IMG/VR virus record: IMGVR_UViG_3300026511_000002
Strand: one strand, 5' to 3'
DNA: 64,000 nt
From: an uncultured virus (IMG/VR IMGVR_UViG_3300026511_000002)
Taxonomy: Duplodnaviria > Heunggongvirae > Uroviricota > Caudoviricetes
The notes under the pieces: model-generated
Databases searched by the model: none
What the model saw: only the letters and a program-made list of their open reading frames with translations
What the model was told of the DNA's origin: nothing
Shown here: piece by piece, positions 9,147-18,950 of the stretch
Position numbering within the stretch: the stretch's first letter is position 1
Layout of the letters: each line of letters starts with the position of its first letter
Made by a program: the position numbers and the translations under genes

Positions 9147-11054
9147 ATGGAATTATCTAACAATATATTAGCAGTTGTAGAACCAGCGATTAGGCCAACT
9201 GAGATCAAGATGGATGCACTTGCTGAAGAAAAGAAAGACGAGGCAGAGTACAAGCAATCTACTATGGTTGCAACTCTTAAACCATTTATACTTATTAATG
9301 GTTATCAATTTGCACCGACTGACGTTATACGTTTTGAGTTAAATTTAATGGGTGATTTACCAGAATGTGAAATTGAATTGAGCGACGAAGCTGGAAAATT
9401 TGCAGTTGGTAGTTATCCAAGAGATGGTGATTTCTTCACAATACTTATAAATTCTAAAAATCAAGAAACATTTAAATCTATTCATATGGATTTTGATATT
9501 ATAAGCTGTGAATCCCCAAAAGATGGAAATGTTGGAACTGCTGTATTTGAAATATTTGGAGTTTGTAAAATTCCTAGAATGCAGGCCGAAGATTGTAGAA
9601 ATTTTGAAAGTGCAGATTCTTTAACTCATATGGAAGAAGTAGCCCGAGACTTAGAATTGGGTTTAGCAACTAATATTGATGCGGCTGACGATGCACAGTC
9701 TAGAATTATGGCGTTTGAACCATATCTTAGTTTTATAAAAAAGATAATCAAAGAAAGTTATATAGGTGAAGAATCTTTTCAAAAGTTTTGGATCGATCCA
9801 TACTACTATATGAATTACGTAGATGTAAATGCATTGTTTAATTCACCTAATCCACCGATAGAAGAATTTGCTGAATCATTGGCTTCAGCTGCTGAATCAA
9901 TGGTGGCTACAACTGATGCTGAAAAAAATGCTAAAACAGGAAACGACATTGAGGTACCATTACTATTGACAAATCATGTTGCTTTTATGGGAAATAGTTC
10001 ATTTATAGAGAAATCTAATATATTAAATAATTCTGCAAATGTTAGTGCAAAAAACGGATATGCCAGAGAAGTAACTATTTATAATAACAACGGTGATGCT
10101 GGTGAGAGAAAACAAGAATTTAGAATAGAGTCTTTAGGTGGAAATGATTTAAAAGAATTAGAAGAGCCACTAAAGGGTAATAGAAATGATAAAAGACATA
10201 TTGATCAAATCAAATATAAGTATATTGGAAGACAAGAGGCCGGTGATGATGGATTGGGTAACGTACACCCCAATGCTGCATTTTCACAATTGCACAATGC
10301 ACAAAATGAGGCTGAAACACAAAAAATGAAATTAGAAGTTACTTTAAATTCATTTAATCCATCTTTATATAAATATCAAAAGATTCCTGTTTTAATGTAT
10401 ATTACTAACCCTAAAGCCATACAACAAAACGAAAGAATTAAAGGTGATAAAAAAGAATTAGGCATGGATAAAGATGAGCCTTTTGGATTGGAAGAAGCTA
10501 GTGAAGATTTAGCAGATGTTGGTAAAAATAGTCCAAGTCAATCTTTAGATTCATTTTTGTCAGGTTATTATATAATTGAAAGTATTATATATGAAGTAGA
10601 AGAAGATGTCACAAAACAAACAATGATACTTCTTAGAAGAGAATGGCCAACAAGAACAGAAAATCTAATTAATCCACCTGGACTTGAAGATGCTACTGAT
10701 GAAGAAAAAGCAGATAATGTGGCTGAAAATAGCCCGGAACCAGCACCTGAACCAACTCCAGAACCAACTCCAGAACCAACACCAGAACCGACACCAGAGC
10801 CTACACCAGAGCCTACACCAGAGCCTACACCGGAACCTACACCAGAGTCAACGCCACATGTATATGAAATATTAATAACTGGTAATATGTTGAGAATAGT
10901 TGTATTTGATGCAAGTGGTGCTGAAGTATATAGAGGTGACCCTAGAATTAGAACAAATACAATATTAGATGAGGGCGGAGTTGTAAATGAAGCTAAAGCA
11001 TTTTTAGATCCATCGAAACAAGACCCTAACGTCCAAAATATGCAAAAAAAATAA
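9147..11054 (+). CDS. Probable baseplate hub protein (gp27-like) with (PEPT)n linker
   Basis: Position between gp53-like and gp5-like genes; FWIDPYYYMNYV and LSGYYIIESIIY motifs typical of hub proteins. Confidence 0.5.
   Translation: MELSNNILAVVEPAIRPTEIKMDALAEEKKDEAEYKQSTMVATLKPFILINGYQFAPTDVIRFELNLMGDLPECEIELSDEAGKFAVGSYPRDGDFFTILINSKNQETFKSIHMDFDIISCESPKDGNVGTAVFEIFGVCKIPRMQAEDCRNFESADSLTHMEEVARDLELGLATNIDAADDAQSRIMAFEPYLSFIKKIIKESYIGEESFQKFWIDPYYYMNYVDVNALFNSPNPPIEEFAESLASAAESMVATTDAEKNAKTGNDIEVPLLLTNHVAFMGNSSFIEKSNILNNSANVSAKNGYAREVTIYNNNGDAGERKQEFRIESLGGNDLKELEEPLKGNRNDKRHIDQIKYKYIGRQEAGDDGLGNVHPNAAFSQLHNAQNEAETQKMKLEVTLNSFNPSLYKYQKIPVLMYITNPKAIQQNERIKGDKKELGMDKDEPFGLEEASEDLADVGKNSPSQSLDSFLSGYYIIESIIYEVEEDVTKQTMILLRREWPTRTENLINPPGLEDATDEEKADNVAENSPEPAPEPTPEPTPEPTPEPTPEPTPEPTPEPTPEPTPESTPHVYEILITGNMLRIVVFDASGAEVYRGDPRIRTNTILDEGGVVNEAKAFLDPSKQDPNVQNMQKK
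10735..10858 (+). repeat. 12-bp coding tandem repeat (PEPT)n
   Basis: About 9-10 degenerate copies of CCAGA(A/G)CC(A/T/G)AC(A/T). Confidence 0.9.
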
Positions 11055-11067
11055 AGATAAATAATAT

Positions 11068-12495
11068 ATGTCAGACTTTAAACATATTAACGAGTTTAGA
11101 AAAGGTTCTGTTTTAAGTAAGATCAGTGAAGATCCAACTTATCTCAGTTTTTTCTTTATGTTTGATGGTGTAGATAGGGAACATTCTCCTTTATTGGCAG
11201 GTCCAGCAGAAGAGTATCTAGAAAAAATGGTAGATGCTAATATGGGTACAACGTATGCCAAAAAATTAGCTAATTTTAGAAAGGTTCTTTTTAAAATCAA
11301 TAAAGAAATGCCATGGTTTTGGCAAAGTGTTACAGGTTTAGAGTTAGTTGAGACTTATGGTAAAATGGATGAGCCATTTAGAGGACAAGAAACTCCTAAG
11401 ATAGAAATAGAATGTTTAGAAGAAAACGTAGAGTTAACTGCAGTTGCATTGATGACACTATATAAGAATGCATGTTATGATTTTAGAAGATATGTAGAAA
11501 TCTTACCTAAAAATTTAAGACACTTTAGAGTTTGGACTGTACTTTCAGAAGTTAGGACATTTCAACAAAGTACGGTCGCTAGGGATTTGAACTTATATGG
11601 CGCTGAAATGCCAGGTAATGAAGCAGGTACTTCTGTTAATCTTATTCCTAGAGCTAAGGGTTATGAAACTGCAGCTGGTAGAAATGCTGGTAAGTTTGAT
11701 GCTCCATTAGTTAAACAATATACTGCTGATGCCAAACCACATATTATGTTTGAATTAGGTTTTTGTGAATGGCAAATAGACACAATTGCTGGCATATTTG
11801 CAGATCAATCTAAAAACCCTGAAAAGAAAAAACCAAAAGTATCATTTACTTGGAATACTGGCTTTATGTCAGGTTCTAAGTTTGGAGAAAACATATCAGA
11901 AGAAGAAAAAAGTCCATTATTTCCGGATGCAAAACCAGATGATGGTTTATATCCTAATCAGCCTTTTAATCCATTAGCGATTGCACAAAATGCAATAAGC
12001 GATAAAGTTAATGGACTTGCAGGTGGTTTAGTAAATAGATTTAATAATTTAAAAAATGGTTTACCAGGATTTGGTAATAATCCTTTAGGTAGAGTTTATC
12101 CAGAAGGTTTAACAGGAGCTGCAGCCTCTTTAGCAAATAGAGGCATGGATGCTGTAAAAGGATTGTTATTAGATAACGTACATGGAAGTACAGGTTTCTT
12201 AGGAAGTTTAAGTGATATTAATAGTGCGCTAGAAGCAGGAAGTGTAAATGCTATTTTAAATTTAGCTGGACAATTAAATCCAAATAATACTAATGTTCCA
12301 AGTAATGGGAATATTACACCGGTTGGTGTATATGATCCAGGAATAGATAGTTCCCCTGATTTTCCAATTAATCAAAAGGTATATGATCCTGTTGCACAAG
12401 AACCAGAAAGTCAAAACATTACACCTGGAAGAATTCATGAACCTGGTGTTGATAGTAGTCCAGATGATAACATTAACGAGAACGTACACTCATAA
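11068..12495 (+). CDS. Probable tail/baseplate structural protein
   Basis: Cluster context; upstream GATAAATA; duplicated C-terminal NITP...(D/E)PG.DSSPD motif. Confidence 0.45.
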   Translation: MSDFKHINEFRKGSVLSKISEDPTYLSFFFMFDGVDREHSPLLAGPAEEYLEKMVDANMGTTYAKKLANFRKVLFKINKEMPWFWQSVTGLELVETYGKMDEPFRGQETPKIEIECLEENVELTAVALMTLYKNACYDFRRYVEILPKNLRHFRVWTVLSEVRTFQQSTVARDLNLYGAEMPGNEAGTSVNLIPRAKGYETAAGRNAGKFDAPLVKQYTADAKPHIMFELGFCEWQIDTIAGIFADQSKNPEKKKPKVSFTWNTGFMSGSKFGENISEEEKSPLFPDAKPDDGLYPNQPFNPLAIAQNAISDKVNGLAGGLVNRFNNLKNGLPGFGNNPLGRVYPEGLTGAAASLANRGMDAVKGLLLDNVHGSTGFLGSLSDINSALEAGSVNAILNLAGQLNPNNTNVPSNGNITPVGVYDPGIDSSPDFPINQKVYDPVAQEPESQNITPGRIHEPGVDSSPDDNINENVHS

Positions 12496-12497
12496 GC

Positions 12498-13214
12498 ATG
12501 AATGATAAAGAATTAGTTGAAGATAATCTAAGAGAAACTCATTGGTTAGGAGAAGTTGTAGTAAACGAAGATCCTTTACTTAATGGTAGATGTCGCGTAA
12601 AAGTTTATGGTAAATTTGATAAACTGACAGATGATGCTATTCCATGGGCAACTCCTATGAATAGAGATCAAATTGGATCACATGCTGTTCCAAGAGTTGG
12701 CGATATTGTTGCAGTTAGATTTGATAACGGAAACATATACCACCCAGAATATTGGTTTCAGATTGATCAAAATCCAGATTTAAAGACAGATATATTGGAA
12801 GCATCTGATGCACCACATGACGTAATTAGTTTAGTATATGATGCAGAAAGAAATGTTAGAATATATCATTCACCTGAAGATGGCTTAGTTATTACTCGAG
12901 GGAGTGGAGCCAAGGAAAGACCGATGATACAGATAGACGAAGAAGGATTCATTAAAATAAGCACAGATGCGAAGATGTTCTTAGACTGCGGTGATATATT
13001 CGTTTCAAATGAAGGTGAACCAGGTGCTGATGAAACAGAGCCAGCAGTGAGAGGTCAATCTTTACAAGATTGGTTACAAACATGGTTAGATGATTATAAT
13101 GCACATATTCACCCAACTGGAGTTGGACCATCTGGTCCTCCCATGCCACCTACACCAGCAACCGTAGGTAAATTATCAAGTTCTCATATTAAGTATCAAC
13201 AAAAGAATAAGTAG
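12498..13214 (+). CDS. Baseplate central spike (gp5/gpV-like, OB-fold)
   Basis: GEVVVNEDPLLNGRCRVKVYG...IPWA...VPRVGDIVAVRFDNGNIYHP N-terminal OB fold; C-terminal HIH metal-binding apex motif. Confidence 0.85.
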   Translation: MNDKELVEDNLRETHWLGEVVVNEDPLLNGRCRVKVYGKFDKLTDDAIPWATPMNRDQIGSHAVPRVGDIVAVRFDNGNIYHPEYWFQIDQNPDLKTDILEASDAPHDVISLVYDAERNVRIYHSPEDGLVITRGSGAKERPMIQIDEEGFIKISTDAKMFLDCGDIFVSNEGEPGADETEPAVRGQSLQDWLQTWLDDYNAHIHPTGVGPSGPPMPPTPATVGKLSSSHIKYQQKNK

Positions 13215-13216
13215 TT

Positions 13217-15013
13217 ATGCCTGCACTGTGGCCAACATTCATACCAAATTTAGCAGCTGATATTGCTGGGCGAGAATTTACAAAACCAGGTGGTGCTATA
13301 GTTTCATATGCTCTTCCAAAGGTTGGTGTTAATCAAGTTCCTATTTTTCCTCCATCTTTAGATCTAATAAAATCTATTAAACCTGGAAATCCACTAAACG
13401 TATCATTAACAACAGATCCTACTGCAATGATAAATGCTATTAATCTTGCACCTCTAAGTGGAAGATATGATTTTGGTGTAAGAGTTGCTGAAAGATATTT
13501 AGAAGCTGTAAAAGGTTTAGCAATGACACCGTTTGGTGCAACGCATACTAATAATCCTGCTGCTGAATTTCTTTTAAAACAAGGTTATGGCTTAGTATTT
13601 GAACGATTATTAAAAGAGGGTGATATTCCATTGCAAGATCAATATGATGAAGATGGTAATTTAACTGAAATGGGTAAAGAGTCACATCCTGATTATGCTG
13701 ATTTTTGTCCAGATCCAGTTGAGGAACCAGATCCAATTGAGGAACAAAAGAAATTAGATAAGAAATTTAGTAAGTTTATAGACGAGTATAAGAATGATTC
13801 TGCTATGGATTTAAAAAAGTTTAGATTTTTTGAATTTCCATGTTTAACTGGAGATGAATCGCAAGAGGATTTAGAAAAACTTTTTGCTTCTAGATTATTA
13901 CAACAATTTAGTGGTATTACAAACGTAAACACTAAATGGGAATTCTATATTTGGTTAGCATGTCTTGGTTCAGAAAACTATAGTAATTCGAGTGGATTTG
14001 GAGGAAACTGGTCGGGTTTACCATATCCTAATATTAGTAACGAAACTAGAAGTGATATTGAAGATGCAGGTTATAGTTGGACACAGCTTGCTAATAATGT
14101 AAGTAGCATATGTGTTGAAGCAATTCATGATGCACATCCAGGTGAAGAATCTGAAAGTGCATTTTTTAACACAAACGCACTAAGACAGAGAATTCAAAAA
14201 GATGCCACTAATGAAATTGTTTTGCCTATAGAATTAGAATGTCCACTAAATAGGTATAAAATACAGGTTGCATATGATTACGAAACTGATAGTAAAAGAC
14301 CTAAAATTTTAACATCACATGTTATTGCGACATTTAGTTGGTATCCTGGTGTAAGAAGCGGATCGTTTAGTGCAAATGCAGAAGGTATTGTTACTAATGC
14401 TCCTAAATTTACAAAAAATAATAATTGGGTTAAATCAAAGTATAGAGATCAAGAATTAAAAAATGGTTGGCGCAAAATTCCAAATGCAATGAGCAACGCT
14501 AGAACACCTGAACATGTGATTGATATAAACCCAACATCAGGTGGAACTATATTTAAATTTCAAAGACAACAAGTGATCGACGCTAAGGCCGCTGCAGAAG
14601 AATGTGATGCTGCAGAAGAAGATAGTAATATAGATTATACTTGGCCAGGTGGTGATCCTTATGAAGAAATGGCAGAAATAACTATTGCATATTGGTATGC
14701 ATGTTTAGTGAAACCATTTACACCATCTCCATCTGCTTTGCCAGCATTGATTCCTCCTCCACTTACTGGAATTTATATTCCAATTTATTATGGTGGTAAA
14801 AAAAGATTGGCTAAGAATTTAAGAAGAGCATGGAATACCGGGAAAACATTTTCAGTTATTCCTGCTCCAATGCCACCTGCATTAGCAGTTTCAACAGCTG
14901 TTGCGGCTGCGTATATGTTACACTTATTAGAATTTAAATTATTATATCTTGGTGGAATTCCTACACCTGCTGGACCAGTGCCAATGGTTGGAATTGTTCC
15001 TGTAGTATTCTAA
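13217..15013 (+). CDS. Hypothetical structural protein with Pro-rich termini
   Basis: Directly follows the spike gene. Confidence 0.5.
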   Translation: MPALWPTFIPNLAADIAGREFTKPGGAIVSYALPKVGVNQVPIFPPSLDLIKSIKPGNPLNVSLTTDPTAMINAINLAPLSGRYDFGVRVAERYLEAVKGLAMTPFGATHTNNPAAEFLLKQGYGLVFERLLKEGDIPLQDQYDEDGNLTEMGKESHPDYADFCPDPVEEPDPIEEQKKLDKKFSKFIDEYKNDSAMDLKKFRFFEFPCLTGDESQEDLEKLFASRLLQQFSGITNVNTKWEFYIWLACLGSENYSNSSGFGGNWSGLPYPNISNETRSDIEDAGYSWTQLANNVSSICVEAIHDAHPGEESESAFFNTNALRQRIQKDATNEIVLPIELECPLNRYKIQVAYDYETDSKRPKILTSHVIATFSWYPGVRSGSFSANAEGIVTNAPKFTKNNNWVKSKYRDQELKNGWRKIPNAMSNARTPEHVIDINPTSGGTIFKFQRQQVIDAKAAAEECDAAEEDSNIDYTWPGGDPYEEMAEITIAYWYACLVKPFTPSPSALPALIPPPLTGIYIPIYYGGKKRLAKNLRRAWNTGKTFSVIPAPMPPALAVSTAVAAAYMLHLLEFKLLYLGGIPTPAGPVPMVGIVPVVF

Positions 15014-15059
15014 AAAATAATAGGATATATATTATGTTACACCTTTAATATAAAAATAA

Positions 15060-16346
15060 ATGAACAACGAAAAAAACAAAAGGATCAGAATTGGGGAAAA
15101 GACACCAAAAGAGACCGTAGTTGAAGAACTAGATGTAAAAATCGAAAACACAGAAATTGAAGAAGATGCTAATCAAGCATTTTATGATGAGAACGGGGAA
15201 TTCATGTGGGATGCATATGAGTCTACTTGCCCGTCAAGAACAAGAAAACCAAATCCACACATTAAAACCAAAGACGGCGATAAAGTCTACTCTAGGGAAT
15301 CTTATGCCCAAGAAATGTATGACATGCTTACTGCACATGATGCTAGTATTGGACAATTACTGACTGTAATTAATCCTGGTGAAATTCATGAAGGTAAAAT
15401 TTATGCAATTAATTCTGAGTTTATTAGCGTTGATATTGGTTACAGGGAATTGATCTACGTCAAGTATGATAAAGAACCTGCTGAAATTCAATCGCTAAAA
15501 CCAGGTGATGACACCGCTGTACTAATTACACAATTGGGTAAAAACTCACATATTGTTGGTAGTATTAATGGTGGTGTTAAACACAAAGTGTTTATGGATC
15601 TTAGAGCTGCAGTTGAAGAAGGAAACACAGCGTGGGTCGGTACAGTTACAAATATGATTGAAAATGGAGGTTATATGGTAATGGTACAAGGCATAGAATG
15701 TTTTATGCCAGGATCTTTAGCTGGAATTAATAAACTACATGACTTTAGTTCTATTATTGGAACGGAAATGTATGTAGTTCCTGTTAGTTTCTCACCGGAT
15801 AGAGGTACGTTAGTAGTTTCTCATAGAAAATATTTACAAGCTTTAATACCTGGAGAAATTGAAAACTTAAAACAAACACAAGGTGAAACAGTGACTGGAA
15901 ATGTTACGGGTACTGCAAAATACGGAGTATTTGTAGAATTTAATAAGTGTTTAACTGGTATGATTCATAATAATGATTTAGATGAAGATACATTAGCCAA
16001 GTTTAGAGCCAGAGAAATTAAACCAGGTGATGAAATTTCATTTATGGTTAAAGATATTATAAGTAATACTAAAATAACATTAACTCAAAAGGCAAATATA
16101 GTTGTTAATCCATGGGTAGATATTATTTCTAGATATCAAATTCCTTCTGTGGTACAAGCTACTGTTAAAACTAAAAAGGATTACGGATTATTTATCACAA
16201 TAGAAGATGGAGTGACTGGTTTGCTACATGTTAGCGAATTAAGTGAAGAAGTAATGAGCGTATTTAAAGCTGGTGACCCAATCACGGTACAGATTACAAG
16301 AATCGATGTTGATTCGATGAAAGTCTTTTTAAAGATGCCGCAATAA
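15060..16346 (+). CDS. rpsA: Ribosomal protein S1 homologue (about 4 S1/OB domains)
   Basis: GKIYAINSEFISVDIG, GGYMVMVQGIECFMPGS, LVVSHRKYL, VTGTAKYGVFVEF...GMIH, KKDYGLFITIEDGVTGLLHVSEL...GDPITVQITRID. Confidence 0.88.
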   Translation: MNNEKNKRIRIGEKTPKETVVEELDVKIENTEIEEDANQAFYDENGEFMWDAYESTCPSRTRKPNPHIKTKDGDKVYSRESYAQEMYDMLTAHDASIGQLLTVINPGEIHEGKIYAINSEFISVDIGYRELIYVKYDKEPAEIQSLKPGDDTAVLITQLGKNSHIVGSINGGVKHKVFMDLRAAVEEGNTAWVGTVTNMIENGGYMVMVQGIECFMPGSLAGINKLHDFSSIIGTEMYVVPVSFSPDRGTLVVSHRKYLQALIPGEIENLKQTQGETVTGNVTGTAKYGVFVEFNKCLTGMIHNNDLDEDTLAKFRAREIKPGDEISFMVKDIISNTKITLTQKANIVVNPWVDIISRYQIPSVVQATVKTKKDYGLFITIEDGVTGLLHVSELSEEVMSVFKAGDPITVQITRIDVDSMKVFLKMPQ

Positions 16347-16399
16347 CTATTGCAACGAGAGTGTGATATATAATCAAACGGTAATATCATAATCTTAGT

Positions 16400-17710
16400 A
16401 TGCAAAAATTAACTATAGATTCTCCGAGAGAATCAATCCTAAACGCAGCACTCATGGGTGTTGAGTTTGAGTTCTATTCTAACCTCGATCTAGAAGTAAC
16501 CAGAAAAGCTCTGGAAAAACTTCTAGATCGAAAGATTAGATTAGAAGATAAAGCCCATTCTGATTTTGTACCATCTGCTGAAGAATTTAAAATTGAGCCA
16601 GATATGTCTGGTGGTAAAGGATTAGCAGAGTTGGTTACGGGACCTATCTCTTATAGAAATGCCAGATTAGTGGTTATTAAGATGTTAAAATGGATATCTG
16701 AAAATGGATATACTAATGACAGAGCATCAATTCATATAAATTTATCTTTCGATAAAAAGTATCTCGAAGATAAAGATCTTGTTTCTAAAATGAATGTTCT
16801 TAAATTTATTTTAGAATTTGATGAAAAACAAATCTATAAGTTTTTCCCTGAACGTGAAAATTCTACATATGCAAAGAGTGTAAAATGGGTAATGCCAAAA
16901 ATTGAAGCATTTCATTTTGATGGTAATCATATAGCGTCAAACAATTTTAAATTTGCTGACACAAAATATTATGGAATTAATTTTTCCAAAAAAGAAAAGA
17001 ATTACTTAGAATTTAGGTATATTGGTGGAGCTGATTATGAGAAAAAATCAGATGATATTCTTTATTTAACTGAAAGATTTTTAATGCAAATGTGGAATTC
17101 GTGTAATGACTCCAGGTTTAATGATGAGAATAAAATAGAATTACAGAGAATTTTAAATAAAAATAAACCTATCTCAGATATACTAAAGGACTACTCTAAG
17201 GTATCTGAACATTATCCCGACATAACTATATTGGTAGATTTAGTAGATAACCCAGTCATTATTAAATTGCAATGGGAAAGGTTTAAGAATAGAGTAGTAG
17301 ATCTTATAGTAAATGGATCTATGACTGCCGGCTTAATTAATTATGATTCTAATTATGGAGCCACACAAATAAAAGATGGAAAGTTTCCAACTGTTTATCA
17401 ATTAGAAGATTTTGAATTTATAGATTGTGAAATAGCTGGGAATGTAACTAATTCTAGTTTTTATGGGTGTGAAATAACTGGGTCTGCTATCATGTATGGT
17501 AGTTTATACAAAGGCACTAAGGTAAAAGAATCAAAAGTAGAATCTAGTTATACACATGGTAGTTGTGAATTAATAAACTGTTATGTTGCAGGTAGAGATA
17601 CTATGTTTAAAGGTAAAATGATTGGAGGTATATTCAGAGAGGGTTTCAAAACAAAAGATGCCAGATTTGAAGATACTGAGATTGTTGTAAGTAAAAAAAT
17701 AAGAGAATAA
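16400..17710 (+). CDS. Putative amidoligase (COOH-NH2 ligase type 2) with C-terminal beta-helix-like repeats
   Basis: MGVEFEF, AELVTGP, ASIHINLS, KYYGINF and YLEFRY motifs. Confidence 0.75.
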   Translation: MQKLTIDSPRESILNAALMGVEFEFYSNLDLEVTRKALEKLLDRKIRLEDKAHSDFVPSAEEFKIEPDMSGGKGLAELVTGPISYRNARLVVIKMLKWISENGYTNDRASIHINLSFDKKYLEDKDLVSKMNVLKFILEFDEKQIYKFFPERENSTYAKSVKWVMPKIEAFHFDGNHIASNNFKFADTKYYGINFSKKEKNYLEFRYIGGADYEKKSDDILYLTERFLMQMWNSCNDSRFNDENKIELQRILNKNKPISDILKDYSKVSEHYPDITILVDLVDNPVIIKLQWERFKNRVVDLIVNGSMTAGLINYDSNYGATQIKDGKFPTVYQLEDFEFIDCEIAGNVTNSSFYGCEITGSAIMYGSLYKGTKVKESKVESSYTHGSCELINCYVAGRDTMFKGKMIGGIFREGFKTKDARFEDTEIVVSKKIRE

Positions 17711-17711
17711 A

Positions 17712-18554
17712 ATGAGTGAAATTAGAAGCGGTTCAAACCAAGATTTAACTTCTGGTAGAAATTTCGATCCAAATTGTCTAAATACTTTTTTAGAAGAAAT
17801 AGGAGATGATATTACTGGGGCATGTATGGTACCTATTAATTTGCCACAAAAAGAGATTGTTAATATAATTAAAAGAGCCAAAAAATGGTTTTATAAAAAA
17901 TATGAATATTCTGTAAAAGAAAATTTATACCATATTCCAAATAGTGTATTTAGTACATCACACTTTAAAAGCCACAGAGCACTTACGTTGCCTGGGCCAA
18001 GTGCAGACGGAGGTGGAGGTGTATATTCAGTATATGGTTTATATGACTTAGCTTCAGGTTGGAATGGAGGCGGAGGCGGAATGGATGTGAGATTCCAAGG
18101 TGGTTCTGACTTTTCAATGGAGCGAATGTTATTTAGAGGAATGTATGAAGGTTCTGGTATGGCTGAAGCCGCAGAAGAACTACAGTATTATGTATTGAAC
18201 GCTTCTATGGCAGATTTGTCTAGACAAATACTTGAAAACCCTATTTCATTTCATTATTCTAGTTTAACTGGAGAATTAAAATTTATGGGTGATACACCAA
18301 AGGGTGATGTTATTTTAGAGATATATGAAACTATCCCTGATTGTGCATTATATTCAGATGAAATATTCTTTAGATATGTGAGTGCAAAAATAAAACAATC
18401 TATTGGTTCTAAATTAGCAATTTTTAAATTTGCCCTTCCTGGTAATGTTGATTTTGATTATGATGCCATTAAAAGTATGGGTGATGATGAGCTATCAGAG
18501 ATTAACGAAGAGATTCAAGGAGACGAAGGTGTTGATTGGATGATGCATTCATAA
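17712..18554 (+). CDS. Neck protein (T4 gp13-like)
   Basis: I.RAKKWFY, F.YSSLTGELKF, YVSAKIKQSIGSKLAIFKFALPGNVDFD motifs. Confidence 0.7.
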   Translation: MSEIRSGSNQDLTSGRNFDPNCLNTFLEEIGDDITGACMVPINLPQKEIVNIIKRAKKWFYKKYEYSVKENLYHIPNSVFSTSHFKSHRALTLPGPSADGGGGVYSVYGLYDLASGWNGGGGGMDVRFQGGSDFSMERMLFRGMYEGSGMAEAAEELQYYVLNASMADLSRQILENPISFHYSSLTGELKFMGDTPKGDVILEIYETIPDCALYSDEIFFRYVSAKIKQSIGSKLAIFKFALPGNVDFDYDAIKSMGDDELSEINEEIQGDEGVDWMMHS

Positions 18555-18576
18555 ATAAAAGAAGATAAATAAATAA

Positions 18577-18933
18577 ATGGAATTATATATAAAATATCCT
18601 AGCGATCCTAATTACGACGAAGATCAAGTTCAGACTAATGGTGAAATAGAAATGTTGATCACACAGATTCAAACAATTTTATTCACTAATAGTGGTGAAG
18701 TTATGGGGGATCATAAGTTTGGATGTGATTTAGAAACACTTATATATGATTTCAATTCTAGTGAACATAATATTAAATCAGTGATAGTAGATCAGATTAA
18801 TGCATATTGCCCATTAGCATCAAAATACAATGTTCAAGTGAACATTGACTTTGTTCGAGGTGAAGTTAGAGATATTGCGTTCATAGATATTACGATAGAT
18901 AGTAGATATGCTATAAAAATAAGCATGCTATAA
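18577..18933 (+). CDS. Baseplate wedge/sheath initiator (gp25-like)
   Basis: ILFTNSGEVMGDHKFGCDLETLIYD matches the gp25 signature. Confidence 0.85.
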   Translation: MELYIKYPSDPNYDEDQVQTNGEIEMLITQIQTILFTNSGEVMGDHKFGCDLETLIYDFNSSEHNIKSVIVDQINAYCPLASKYNVQVNIDFVRGEVRDIAFIDITIDSRYAIKISML

Positions 18934-18950
18934 AAAAGTATACATAAATA

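Noticed and set aside
15060..16346. Bacterial chromosomal origin suggested by rpsA
   Set aside because: Flanked by phage baseplate and neck genes, shorter than typical six-domain RpsA, and no other housekeeping operons are present.
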